From Narcine bancroftii (Eukaryota), in assembly GCF_036971445.1 (NCBI RefSeq), contig NC_091470.1:140120001-140184000 (forward strand): DNA of 64,000 nucleotides. Reading direction: 5' to 3'. The notes under the pieces are model-generated. The model was given only the letters and a program-made list of their open reading frames with translations. It was not told the origin of the DNA and searched no databases. This document shows positions 1 to 10,873 of the stretch, in pieces (within the stretch, counting starts at the first letter, position 1; every line of letters starts with the position of its first letter). Made by a program: the position numbers and the translations under genes.

Positions 1-758
1 AGATGTGGTTCATTCCAATGGCATTCCCGCCTCTAGAAGATTTGGTTCAATCTTCCTGAGATCGCGATTACCTTGCCGGTTTGTATAAGAGTTGGTTATA
101 TTACCCCTCCCCACCCCGCCCCTACAGCGGACACACGTCTGAATTACCCATCTCCCAAAGAGATTATTTGATCTAACAGCGTGCGCAGTTACGCTTCTGA
201 CCCAGGAGAGCGAGAGAGGCATATTTACTGGAGTGTATTGGGTTCAAATAGGAACCGAACGAAGAGAGAGAGAGTTAGGGGAGTCGAGGGGGAGGAAGGG
301 GAGATGGGGAAGAGAGAACTGGAGAGAGACAGTGGATAAGGGAGGAATGGAGGGCAGTAGAGGGAATGAGAAAGGGAAGGGGTGAGAGAGTGAGCGAGTC
401 ATTGGGGGAAGGAGGGAGAGGGGGTGAACGGCAATGGGAGATGGAGGGGGAAGGAGTGGAGGGTGGGAGAGGGAGGAGAGTTGGAGTGAGGCAGTGCGGT
501 AAGAAGGAGATGGGGTGAACGGCAATGGGAGATGGAGGGGAAAGGGGGTGGTGGGAGAGGGTGTGAGGCAGTTGGGAGGGAGGAGGAATAGAAAAGAAAG
601 GAGAGAGGGTGTGAGACAGTGGGGAAGGAGGAGGGATAGAAAAGAAATGAGTGAGTGATAGAAGGATGAAGAGAGGCAGTTGAAGGGAGAGAGAAAGAGA
701 CAGAGAGAGAGATCAGTCCCACCGGGAGCATGTTTTCTAAGCATTTGTTCCTCTAGAC

Positions 759-1774
759 CAGGGGTGTCAAACTCAAATTCACGGAGGGCCAAAATTAAAA
801 AACTTGGACTAAGTCGAGGGTCGAACTAAATATTTATTGAAAATTTTCAACAACATGTGCATGTTTTCACTTCTTTCAACGTATGTAATGTTAAACTTTT
901 TCTTATTAAAATAAATGTTTAATAATAGTTTTGGATAAACTCTTTCCAGAAGCATTAACAAATGAGAAATAAAATATTCAATAAATAATATTTCTCTATA
1001 GAGGATTTGTCAAATGTTGATAGTGTGCAGTCGAATAGTAAAATTTGAGGGCTATTGAGAATGTGGGAGAATAACATGATTCCTGAAACAATCAAATGGT
1101 TGACCGATTGTGGGCATGAACTCTAGCAGGGTTATTTGCCATGCCCTTTTTCCATTGGTACAGATATCCTTTGATTTACACACTTTTCAAGTTTTATGCC
1201 TAATGAGCTTGTATCCAGGTGCAGGACCATTTTTAACCAGGAATATATTTATCACTGTGACATGAAACTATTGGAAGATCGTTTTATCCTGAGATTAAAG
1301 TTCATAATACTTACTCAGGCCTGTGTGCGGAAGGGCGGGGTTTGCGGGCGATCAACGACAGTGCCGGGGCATCGGCTCTCGCTGCAGGGCGCCATCACGG
1401 CGGATCAGCGGCCCCGTCACCGTGAGTCGCGGATCGGCCTGCGGCAGGGAGGGGGAGTGGGCAACGGTCCTGGCGAGGTCAGGCCCGAGGCCTCCGGTTC
1501 CAGGCGCTGGGAAGCGGCCTTGGCTTCCCCTGACACCGGCCAGGCCCCAAAACCAGAGTCCACGGTGAGACCCTGCAACGTAAACAGAGGAGGTGGGAGC
1601 GATTAGCAGGCTGACGCCAATGCATTCTGGGATTTGTTGTATTACTGTGCATGCGCTATACTGGCGCGGCGGCCAGCGGGCAACCTCTAAATCATTTTTG
1701 AAATTATCTTGCGGGCCAAATATAATTATATCGCGGGCCAAATTTGGCCCGCGGGTCAGAGTTTGACATGTGTG
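759..1774. mobile_element. Non-autonomous hAT (Charlie-like) DNA transposon / MITE
   Basis: Termini CAGGGGTGTCAAACTC and GAGTTTGACATGTGTG are imperfect inverted repeats. Flanks CTCTAGAC (751-758) and CTCTAAGC (1775-1782) resemble an 8-bp TSD of the NTCTAGAN type. No transposase ORF. Confidence 0.75.
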
Positions 1775-2149
1775 CTCTAAGCGTTCGTTTTTCTCTACCC
1801 TGAGCTAGCTAATATTTCAGAGTTGGTGCGACCCCTACATTACAGGTCTCCATAAGAGTTGGGAAGATCCCATCGCCAGGCCTGTTGCCGTTTGGGTTGC
1901 TGTAAGAGTTGGTTCCCCGCACCCCCCCCCCCCCCCCACCTCCACAGCGGACGCACGCCTGGATGTCCCAACTCTGGAAAAGTTGTTTTGGTCTTACCGT
2001 GCGCGCGTTTGCATTTCTAGTCTCCTGAAGGATTTGGTTCGATTCCACCGGAAACAGTTGGCTTGCCGGTTTCTATTAGAGTTTGATTCCGCACAGCCCA
2101 TTCTGACCGGAAATCGCCGAAAGCGATCGACTAGGCTGATAGGTTGTTG

Positions 2150-2860
2150 GCAGCGTTACAAAATTACTTAATGTGGGATATAAAATTGCTAATTATAATT
2201 TTTGACATCAATTATATTTAACTCCTGAAAAGTTGAAGAAATGCCGTTTTCGTTCTTTCGATTTGTGTTTTTGATGTAGGGACAGGCAGGTACTTTTTTG
2301 TTTACATTCTGTTTGGGTATGTAGAAAAGTTAAACACTTTTGGGGGAAAAGTTATAAGTTTTTTGAGAGATTTATTTAAGGTCGATTTGCAATTGAACCC
2401 GTTGATGTTTTTATTGGGTTATATGAGTACATTAAAGACAGGGTTACGGTTGGATAAACCACAATTAGTTTTTTATACGTTTAGGGTTGGCTGTAGCAAG
2501 GAAGTGTATAGCTATTACGTGGTAAAATGATGTAGTATTGAATATACAAAGATGGCATAGTAAATTGCAACCGCATTTGTATTTGGAAAAGATAACATAA
2601 TTTGCGAAATAATGATCCTGTTTTTGTTAAGATGTGGAGTTTATATTTGGAATATATGTTTAGATGTTAAATAAATGATATGTAAAGGGTTGGCACACCA
2701 AGCAGTAACCATTAAATACCCGGAAAAAATTAGCTCCTGGGGGTGGGTGGGGTGGGTGGGATTGAATAGTTTAGGTGGGGTGGGGAAGGATTGGACAGGG
2801 ATTTTTGGTGTTGATTTATTTTATGCTTTGTAAAACTTTTAAATTAAATTTTCAAAACAA
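2150..2860 (+). mobile_element. Degenerate L1-type LINE ORF2 3' end with AT-rich tail
   Basis: Broken frames give a CFxC..GT..LHSVWVC..K zinc-finger-like segment and LAVARKCIAITW, typical of fish L1 ORF2 C-termini; ends in an A-rich run. Confidence 0.6.
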
Positions 2861-4273
2861 AAAACCAGGCTGACAGGTGGGTCGACCTTCACTGACAATC
2901 CAGAGATTCCACATATTAGTTAGCTTAATGGAAACAAGCGATCAATTGGCAAAATATCCCATCTCATTTATAAAAATAACGCAGGCGGTGGCGTGAAAAT
3001 AGACCACGATCACTTGGAAGTCCTACCCCCTCTATTTGTAGGGCCATAGCTTGCGGAAATGAACAGCTGCGTACCTGCGAGGTTGGGAGGGGGGATCTAA
3101 TTTTAAAGAATAAATATGTCACTTTTTGTAAAGGTCTGGAAACCATTCCTGGTCCACAAGGGTTCATGTTTCCTGTCCCACTAACAACATGTCTGTATCG
3201 GGAGTTCTCCCTTTCAATCCTCGGTTTGACGCCTCCGTACTTGCAGTGAGCGCTTTCGACCTCAAGAGCCCCGATCGTTGAATCACTCTTCGTGCTCTTC
3301 GGCGTGGAAATGAAGACGAGAGCGAATGCTCCGAGGGTGGTTAGTTTCCAATTCTGCGCCGAGTGGGGGGGGGGGGGGGGCGCAGTCGGGACTGGGCGAC
3401 GGTGGAGGTCGGAGGATGGGATCGGGCCACTTCGCCCGGGCTGGGGTTCCTGGGATTTGAAAGGGAAGTTAACGAGGGGTGGCGAGGTAGGGAGCCGGGA
3501 CAACAAGCAGTGGCAGGGGAAGGAGGGATGGAGGGGAGAGAGGGGGAGTGAGACAGAAGGGGAGGGAGAGAGGGAGTGAGGCAGTGAAAGCGGGAGGACG
3601 GAGGAAAGAGAGGGGTGAGGGAGGGTCGGGGAAAGAGCGGGGAAGAGTGAAAGGAGGAGAGAGGTCGAGAGGCACGGAGAGAAGGGAGAGAGGGGAAGAG
3701 AGACGGGGTGAGAGAAGCGGCAGAGGGGAGAGAGTGGGTGAGAGAGAAGGAGAGAAAAGAGGATGTGAAGGAGAGAGGGGGAGATAGAGGGTGAGAGTGG
3801 GAGAGAGAGGGAGGAGAAAGATCGGGAGGGGGCGAAAGAAGGAGAGAAGAGGAAACAGGAGGAGAGAGGGGAGAGAGAGCGTTACAGAAGGAGAGAGGAG
3901 AGAGAGGGTGAGGAGAAAGATAAGGAGAGGTGGAGAGAGATCAAGAGAGGGGATAGTGGGGAAGAAAAGGGAGAAATGGGGAAGAGAGAGGGGAGAGAAG
4001 GAGAGATGGAGAGAGAAACAAAGAGAGGGTGGAGTGAGAGGGGAAAACAGATGAAGAGAGAAGGAGAGGAGATGAAAATGTGTCTGCAAGGTGGTGGGAG
4101 GGAGAGCGGGAGAGCGAGAGAGGACAGGGTTGGAGACGGATGAAATGGGAGAGACTGGAAATAACTGAGAAAAGGGAAGGAGAAAATGAAACCCGGGATA
4201 GACACTGGGACCAAATAAAACTCGGCTGGGGTCCAGCTGTTCGCGAGGAGGACCCTTGAGCCGGTCGCCACTC

Positions 4274-4301
4274 CTTTTTTGTATGACTGTTTATTACCGT
4301 G
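4274..4301 (+). other. D1 5' recombination signal sequence (12-RSS)
   Basis: Nonamer CTTTTTTGT (4274-4282), 12-bp spacer (4283-4294), heptamer TACCGTG (4295-4301). Confidence 0.92.
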
Positions 4302-4312
4302 GGGACAGGGGG
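4302..4312 (+). other. TRBD: TCR beta diversity segment D1 (GGGACAGGGGG)
   Basis: Matches the vertebrate-conserved D-beta core GGGACAGGGGG(C). Flanked by a 12-RSS and a 23-RSS. All three frames are open (GTG/GQG/DRG). Confidence 0.95.
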
Positions 4313-4351
4313 CACGATGTTGCGTTCCAATGTGGTCCCCGTACAAAAACC
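4313..4351 (+). other. D1 3' recombination signal sequence (23-RSS)
   Basis: Heptamer CACGATG (4313-4319), 23-bp spacer (4320-4342), perfect nonamer ACAAAAACC (4343-4351). Confidence 0.95.
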
Positions 4352-4708
4352 TCCCCCACGCTGGGGCCCGGCAGATCCGAAGCATCCGGTTATGGGCAGG
4401 GTTAACATCCTGCTCCCTGCTGTCACGATCTGTCCATGTCGAACACTCACTCCCATTCTGTCACCCTCTCCCCGTCCCGCTCTCATCCCCGTCTCCTCCT
4501 CTCTACCCCTCTCCCCGCTCTCTCCCCTCTCTCTGCTCTTTCACCCCGCTCTCTCACTCCTTCCTCCCCTCTCTCTTCCCCTCTCCCCTCTCTCTTTCTC
4601 TCTTTCTCCCCTCCGCCTCCTCTCGTCAATTTCTCTCTCCTCTGACTCTTTCTCTTTCTATCCCCTCAGTCTCCTGCAATTCCTTCCCCTCTCATCCATT
4701 TCTCTCTC

Positions 4709-4897
4709 NNNNNNNNNNNNNNNNNNNNNNNNNNNNNNNNNNNNNNNNNNNNNNNNNNNNNNNNNNNNNNNNNNNNNNNNNNNNNNNNNNNNNNNNNNNN
4801 NNNNNNNNNNNNNNNNNNNNNNNNNNNNNNNNNNNNNNNNNNNNNNNNNNNNNNNNNNNNNNNNNNNNNNNNNNNNNNNNNNNNNNNNNNNNNNNNN
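4709..4897. other. Assembly gap (N run) between D1 and D2
   Basis: Run of N inside a pyrimidine-rich tract. Confidence 1.
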
Positions 4898-5168
4898 TTC
4901 TCTGCCATGTCCCTTCCCCCCTCCCCATCTTTCACACACCTCTCTCCAAAATTCATCCCTCTCCTCTTCCCTTTCCCGGCGCTTCTCCTTCTCCCCTCCA
5001 TTTCCCCTCAGTTGTTCACTGCACCACTCTCCACGAACTCCTCCGTCTTCCCTCTTTTTGCCCTCTCTCTCTGGCGTGCGCATTCTGAAAGAGAGAGAGA
5101 GAGGGGAAGAGGGGGGGAGAGAGAGGGGGGAAAGAGAGAGAGAGGGGGAGAGAGAGAGAGAGAGAGAG

Positions 5169-5216
<48 letters not shown>

Positions 5217-5749
5217 AGAGAATCGATTTCTCCAGTCATGAAAATCTAGCCGCTTGGTTGAAATCCCCATTTTGAAGACGGGCTGTGAGTTCAGTCTGTT
5301 CAAACCCCCTTGTGCTCCATACAAGAGGAAACGACGCACTCGAGTGTTCCGTCTGAAATCAGGGAACCCGACGGTGACCCGTGGAAGACGAGGTCACCCA
5401 AGTTTCTATGGCAAGGCATTAAAGTGGCCGATCGGGAGGGTCTCGGTTTGTGCACTTCCAACGAGAGATGAATCTCTCTCTCTGAATCATTCCCTGAGCC
5501 CGGTGAATATTCATCACATCTTTGCCCAGAATCGCCTGGAAGTTGGAGGAGTGAGATTGGACTGTCAATCAAGGATCTTTTCTGAACTTATACACATATT
5601 ACACACACGTGCGCTTACAATAAGAAGGGGTTTAAGGTAGGTTAATATAATAATTTAGAGTTTGATCCTGTTTTTATGTTTAAAGAAAGTAACTTTTGTT
5701 GAAGTCACCATTTGTCTTGGTGAATTTATATTACTGCTGGGTTTTGGTA

Positions 5750-7010
5750 CATAGAACACTGCAGGTCCTTTGGTGTCGTTCGACCCCCTTCCTAAATGTT
5801 TCCTCTCCCGTATGCCTCTATTTTGCTTCCATCCATAATGCCTCTCCAAGAGTCTCTTAAATGCACTCCCAGTGTTCCAGCCTTCGCACCAAGTCATTCC
5901 AGGCCCCCACAACTCTCTGTGTTAAAAGCAAAATATCCCCTAAACTTCACGTTCTATAGACGTCCTCTGGTGTCTGCTGATTCCGCCCTAGGGAACAGGC
6001 TGTCGGCTGTCCGCCCCTGTCATGTAGACCCGCTGTTAGGTCTCCTCTCATCCTTCTTCGCTCCAAGAGTGAAAGGTCCCATCTCTGCTAACCTGGCCTC
6101 CTTGTTTCACAATCCAGGTGTCTCTCCTCGGCACCCTCTCCAGAGATTCCCCGTCTTTCCTGTAATAAGGTGGCCAGACTGGACGCCGCACTCCAAGTGT
6201 GGTTTCACCAAAGGTTTGTTGAGTCGCAACATGACCTCTTGACCTCTGAATTCAATCCCCCTATCAACGAATCACCTGGGAAACAGGCGTTGGCCGTCCA
6301 CCCCAATCTCTGCCTCTTGTAGACCTATATCAAGTCTCCTCTCATCCTTCCAGGCTCCAAAAGTAAAGGTCTCAGCTCTGCTAAACCTGGCCTCGTGAGT
6401 CTTGTTTCCCAATACGGGCAACGTCCTGGTGGTTCTCCTCTGCACCCTCTCCATAGCTTCCCAATCCTTTCTGTAATTAGGTGGCCAGAACCGGACGACA
6501 CACTCCGTGTGGTCTCGCCAGAGGTTTGTAGAATTGCAACATGACCTCTCGTTCCAAATTCAATCCCCCTATGAATGAAGCCCAGCGACCCTTAGGCCAT
6601 AACTATCCCATCGACCTGTGCAGCGACCTTGAGGAATGTAGGGATGTAGGCCCCAGGGACCCAATGTTCGTGCAAACCTTTCCCTTTGGAGCATTGAAGG
6701 ATGAGAGGAGACTTGATAGACAATCTACAAGAGGCATCGAGAGAGGTGGACGACCAGCGCCAATTGTACATAGAGAAGGGAGGGAGGTTTAGGGGAGATA
6801 AAAGTTGTTTTCACACGGCGAGTTGTGGGTGCCCGGAACTCCTTAGTGGTAGAGGCTGGAACATTGGGGGCATTTAAGATGGACAAGTCGAATAAAGGGA
6901 AATAGAGGGTTATGGAGTAGGGAGGGGTCAGTACTTTTATGGAAAGGGATATATGGGTCAGCACAACATCGAGGGCCGAGGTCTGTACGGTGCTGTGATG
7001 TTCTTGTCCA
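5750..7010. mobile_element. Cluster of degenerate CR1 LINE 3' fragments (both orientations)
   Basis: Minus-strand remnant translates to MERVQRRTTRTLP.LG..; plus-strand 3' tail GGGTCAGCACAACATCGAGGGCCG..TGCTGTGATGTTCT. Confidence 0.65.
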
Positions 7011-7039
7011 TTCTTCACTCCATCGGCGGCTTCGATAAG

Positions 7040-7230
7040 AGGTGGCCTCTATCCTTAAGGACTCCGATCACCCCCCCACCCCCAGGCTGTGCCCTCTTCA
7101 CCTTCACTCCGCTACCATCAGGGGCAAAGATCTAGGAGCCTGAAAACGAGTCCCCAGTGGCACAAGGACAGCTCCTTCCCTCTGCCATCAGAATCCTGAA
7201 CGATCAACGAACCAAAGACATTGACTCACT
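7040..7230 (+). mobile_element. L2/Rex-type LINE 3' fragment
   Basis: LPSG..RSL....KDS.FP.AIR.LN-like C-terminal motif of L2/Rex-Babar ORFs; followed shortly by (AT)n at ~7256-7290. Confidence 0.5.
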
Positions 7231-7251
7231 TTCCATGCACTAGTATTTCTA

Positions 7252-7294
<43 letters not shown>

Positions 7295-7539
7295 TTGTGG
7301 TCAGGTGTTCATCATATGGACGTTTGTGCTATGATTTTGCCGCGAAAACACCGAATTTCACGACTTGTACATAATACATTCTGCATCTCGATTCTCCCCA
7401 TAACCGTTTATTAACAAAGGGAAACCCATTTGTTGTTCTCCTACCCTCCACTACCTCCCGAGACACCAAGGAGAATTAAACTATCATTGGCAATGCCCCG
7501 GAAATTGCCTCCCTTGCTCCCAGAAGTAATCTGGAATAT

Positions 7540-8055
7540 ATCTAGGAATGCAGATACATAAATCCATGAAAGTGGCATCACAGGTGGACAGGGTTGTAAA
7601 GGAAGCTTTTGGCACATTGGCCTTCACAAATCAAAGTATTGACTCCAGGAGTTGGGATGATCTTTTAAAATTGTGCAAGACATCGGCGAGGCCATATTTG
7701 GAGCATTGTGTCGGTTTTAGTCACATAAATACAGGAGATATCTCAATACAATAGAAAGAGGGCAGAGAAGATTTACTGGGATGCTGACCAGGCTTCAGGG
7801 ACTAAGTTACAGGGAAAGTTTCGACAGGTTCTGGACTTTATCCCCTGAAGATTTATTGGGATGTTCCCGGTCGTCAGGGACTGAATTACAGGGAAAGGTT
7901 CAGCAGGTTCAAGACTTTATCCCCTGAAGATTTACTGGGATGTTGCCCAGACGTCAGGGATTTAGTTACAGGGAAAGGTTCAACAGGTTCGTGATTTTAT
8001 TGCCTGAAGATTTAATAGGATGTTGCCCAGACTTTGGGGACTAGGTTACGGGGAA
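7540..8055 (+). repeat. CR1 fragment ending in a ~78-bp tandem array (GAAGATTTACTGGGATGTTGCCC...TTTATCCCCT)
   Basis: About 4 consecutive copies at 7767-8055. The same unit recurs at ~13340-13500, ~25410-25540 (-) and ~27630-27900 (-). Confidence 0.75.
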
Positions 8056-9255
8056 AGGTGATCAGAAAGGTTGATGAAGGTAGAGCAGTTGATGTGGTCT
8101 ATTTGGATTTCAGTAAGGGTTTTGAAAATGTTCTGCATGGAAAGTTAGTGAAGAAGGTTCTATCTCTAGGGATCAATATAGAGATAGTCAGATGGATTCA
8201 GAGGTGGCTGGAGGATAGGTACCAGCGAGTTGTGGTGGACAATTGTTTGTCAGGATGGAGGCCGGTGACGAGAGTTGTGCCTCAAGGATCAGTGTTGGGT
8301 CCATTGTTGTTCATTATTTATATTAATGATTTGGATAATGGGGTAGTAAGTTCAGTGAGTAAATATGCATATGATGCAAAAATAGGGGGAGTTATGGATA
8401 GTGAAGAGGGTTTTCATGTACTACAGAAGGATTTGGACTGTTTGGAAAATTGCGCTAAAGGTGGCAGATTGAGTTTAATGTAGATAATTTTATGATGCTT
8501 CATTTTTGGAGGAATAACCAAAATTGGACAGATGCAGTGAAGGGAAGGGCATTGAAAAATCCAGAGGAACAGAGAGATCTTGGAATGACGGTTCAGCATT
8601 CCTTGAAGGTTGACTCACATGTGGATAGGGTGGTGAAAAAGCCTTTTTTGGTATGCTGGCCTTTATAAATCATAGCATAGAATATAGGAGCTGGAAGGTG
8701 ATGTTGAGACGGTTTAAGGCTTTGGTGAGGCCAAGTTTGGAGTATTGTGGGCAGTTCTGGTCTCCAAATTATAGGAAGGATATAAATAAGGTAGAGAGGG
8801 TACATAAAAGTTTTACAAAACTGCTGCCAGGATTGCAGTATCTAGAATACAGAGAAAGATTTAGTAGATTGGGACTATATTCGTTGAAGCAGCGAAGGTT
8901 GAAAGGGGATTTGATAGAGGTGTTTAAAATTATGAATGGAATAGACAGAGTAGATGTGAATAGGCTCTTTTTCCTGAGGGCAGGGGAGAATGGAACAAGG
9001 AATCATAAGTTAAGGTTTGGGGGCAAAACCTTAGGAGTAATATAAGAGGAAGCTTCTTCACTCAGAGTGTGGTGGCTGACTGGAATGATATACCAGAAGA
9101 AGTAGTTGCGGCAGGGTCAATTCTGTCATTTAAGAGGAGGTTAGATGAGTACATGGATGTGAGGCGGTAGAGGGTTAGTGCGACTCGAAGAAATAACATT
9201 TCTGCACCGACTAGAAGGGCAGAAGGGCCAGTTACTGTGCTGTAATGATCCATTG
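8056..9255 (+). mobile_element. 5'-truncated CR1 LINE, reverse transcriptase and C-terminus (frameshifted)
   Basis: ORFs 8034-8483 (VDVVYLDFSK..VPQGSVLGPLLFIIYINDLD..KYAYDAKIGG) and 8653-9045 (ALVRPSLEYCGQFWSP..RRLKGDLIEVFKIM) are CR1 ORF2 motifs. 3' tail GAAGGGCCAGTTACTGTGCTGTAATG. Confidence 0.9.
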
Positions 9256-9697
9256 TTCGATCTCAACTGGGAACTTGTCAATCCGGTTTCTTAGCCTCAA
9301 CATGACCTTGTTCTACACATATACAGAAAATGTTCCAGCCTCCACCACCATCCCTGGCAAGGTATTCCAGGCCCCCACTACTCTGTGATCCCTCAATCTC
9401 CTTCTGTACAGACGACCTCTGGGTTCTGCTGATCATGCCCCTGCGAAACAAGCGCTGGCTCCTCTCGTCCATCCACGCTCCAAAGAGAATAATCCCCAGC
9501 TCTGCGAACCTGGCCTCGTGGGACTTGTTTCCCAAGCCGGGCAGTGTCCTGGTGAGTCTCCTCTGCCCCCTTACCAGAGCTACCCCGTCCTTCCTGCAAT
9601 GAGGCGACCTCAACTGAGCCCAAGGGTGGTCTAACTGCTCTTTCACGTCACATACTTCGTGTTAACGAATTGGGTGGTCCGTTTCCCACGTCATCGT

Positions 9698-9725
9698 CTT
9701 TTTTGTACCACTCTGTATCACCGTG
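9698..9725 (+). other. D2 5' recombination signal sequence (12-RSS)
   Basis: Nonamer CTTTTTTGT (9698-9706, identical to that of D1), 12-bp spacer, heptamer CACCGTG (9719-9725). Confidence 0.92.
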
Positions 9726-9739
9726 GGAACAGCGGGAGC
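9726..9739 (+). other. TRBD: TCR beta diversity segment D2 (GGAACAGCGGGAGC)
   Basis: 14-nt G-rich core between a correctly spaced 12-RSS and 23-RSS. All three frames are open (GTAG/EQRE/NSGS). Confidence 0.9.
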
Positions 9740-9778
9740 CACTGTGTTACAATCAGATTGAGCGTTCGTTCAAAAAGC
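9740..9778 (+). other. D2 3' recombination signal sequence (23-RSS)
   Basis: Heptamer CACTGTG (9740-9746), 23-bp spacer (9747-9769), nonamer TCAAAAAGC (9770-9778; 7/9 consensus). Confidence 0.88.
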
Positions 9779-9904
9779 TCCCGGAGCGCGGAGTCGTACG
9801 GTTTGAGTGGGGGGGGCAGAACCAGGGCGAGCGAATCCACGCTTCACAGAGATACAATGGGTGTATTGCCCCTTGGGGAGGAGTAAAACAGACAGGAGCA
9901 GGGA

Positions 9905-10710
9905 GGGGGGAGTGATCTGGTGGCTGTAGAGTAGAGGGACCTGGGGAGTGTTGTAGAGCAGAGGGAGCTGGGGGAGTGTTGTAGAGCAGAGGGATCTGGG
10001 GGAGTGTTGTGGTGCAGAGGGATCGTGGGGAGTGATGTGGAGCAGAGGGATCGGGGAGTGTTGTAGAGCAGAGGGATCTGCGGAGCGTTGGAGAGCAGAG
10101 GGATCTGGGGGAGTGTCGTGGAGCAGAGAGGTCTGGGGAGAATAGGGAACAGACGGGTCTGGGTATGTGTTGTTGAGCAGAGGGATCTGGCGGAGTGTTG
10201 TAGAGCAGAGGGAGCTGGGGGAGTCTCGTAGAGCAGAGAGACATGGGGAGTGTTGAAAATCACTGGGATCTGGTGGAATGCTGTAGAGCAGAGGGACCTG
10301 GAGAGTGTTGTAGAGCAGAGGGACCTGGGGAGAGTTGTAGAGCAGAGGGATCTGGGGGTCTGTCGTGCAGCAGTGGGATCCTGGGGAGTGATGTGGAGAA
10401 GAGAGATCTTGGGGAGTGTTGGAGAGCAGAGGGATCTGGGGGATTGTTGTAGAGCAGTGGGATCTGTGGAGTGTTGGAGAGTAGAGGGATCTAGGGGGAG
10501 TGTTGTAGAGCTGAGGGATCTGGGGGAGGGTTGTGGAGCAGAGGGGTTTGGGGGAGTGTTGTAGGGCAGAGGTGTCTGGGAAGGATGTTTGTTGAGCAGA
10601 GGTGGGTGTTGTAGAGGGATCCCGGGAGTGTGTTGTAGACGGGTCGGAGGGACGACTATTATAGAGGGTTTTGTGGTGTGTGTTGCTGAGCAGAGGGATT
10701 TGGGGAGAGC
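9905..10710 (+). repeat. ~29-30 bp G-rich minisatellite (GGGGAGTGTTGTAGAGCAGAGGGATCT)n between D2 and J1
   Basis: Directly visible tandem copies; the unit translates to the CR1 ORF2 motif SVVEQRDLG. Confidence 0.85.
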
Positions 10711-10823
10711 CCTCTCACAGGGGTTTTCGTAGAAACTCCCGCTCGATCCGCGACTGTCGGGGATCAAGTCGACACAGTGGGGTGTGAGAGGGGTGGGTTC
10801 GGAGGCGCCGCCCGATCGTTGTG

Positions 10824-10873
10824 TACCTACAGCGAAGCATATTTCGGAGGTGGGACGAGACTGGTGGTGGTCG
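10824..10873 (+). CDS. TRBJ: TCR beta J segment J1 (TYSEAYFGGGTRLVVV) with upstream 12-RSS at 10796-10823
   Basis: FGGGT motif, heptamer CGTTGTG (10817-10823), 12-bp spacer, weak nonamer GGTTCGGAG, phase-1 donor G|GTGAGT. Confidence 0.93.

Noticed and set aside
1196-1741. GC-rich ORFs of 80-136 aa
   Set aside because: They lie inside the MITE and have no recognisable domain or splice structure.
2964-3506. Minus-strand ORF with STIGALEVESAHC, faintly like a V-domain F strand, plus nonamer-like ACTTTTTGT at 3121
   Set aside because: No YYC/WYRQ framework or leader exon, and no heptamer at 12- or 23-bp spacing.
5281-5460. Possible J relic between D1 and D2 (GGCTGTG at 5281; GGGAACCCGACGGTGACC; GGTGACC..GGTCACC inverted pair)
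   Set aside because: No FGxG, no correctly spaced nonamer and no suitable splice donor; cannot be supported as a J.
7767-8055. Regularly spaced repeats superficially like a CRISPR array
   Set aside because: Vertebrate context, head-to-tail units without unique spacers, LINE-derived, no cas genes.
9905-10710. Resemblance of the D2-J1 G-rich array to an Ig switch region (occasional GAGCTGGGG)
   Set aside because: AGCT motifs are sparse and the unit is explained as an amplified CR1 fragment.
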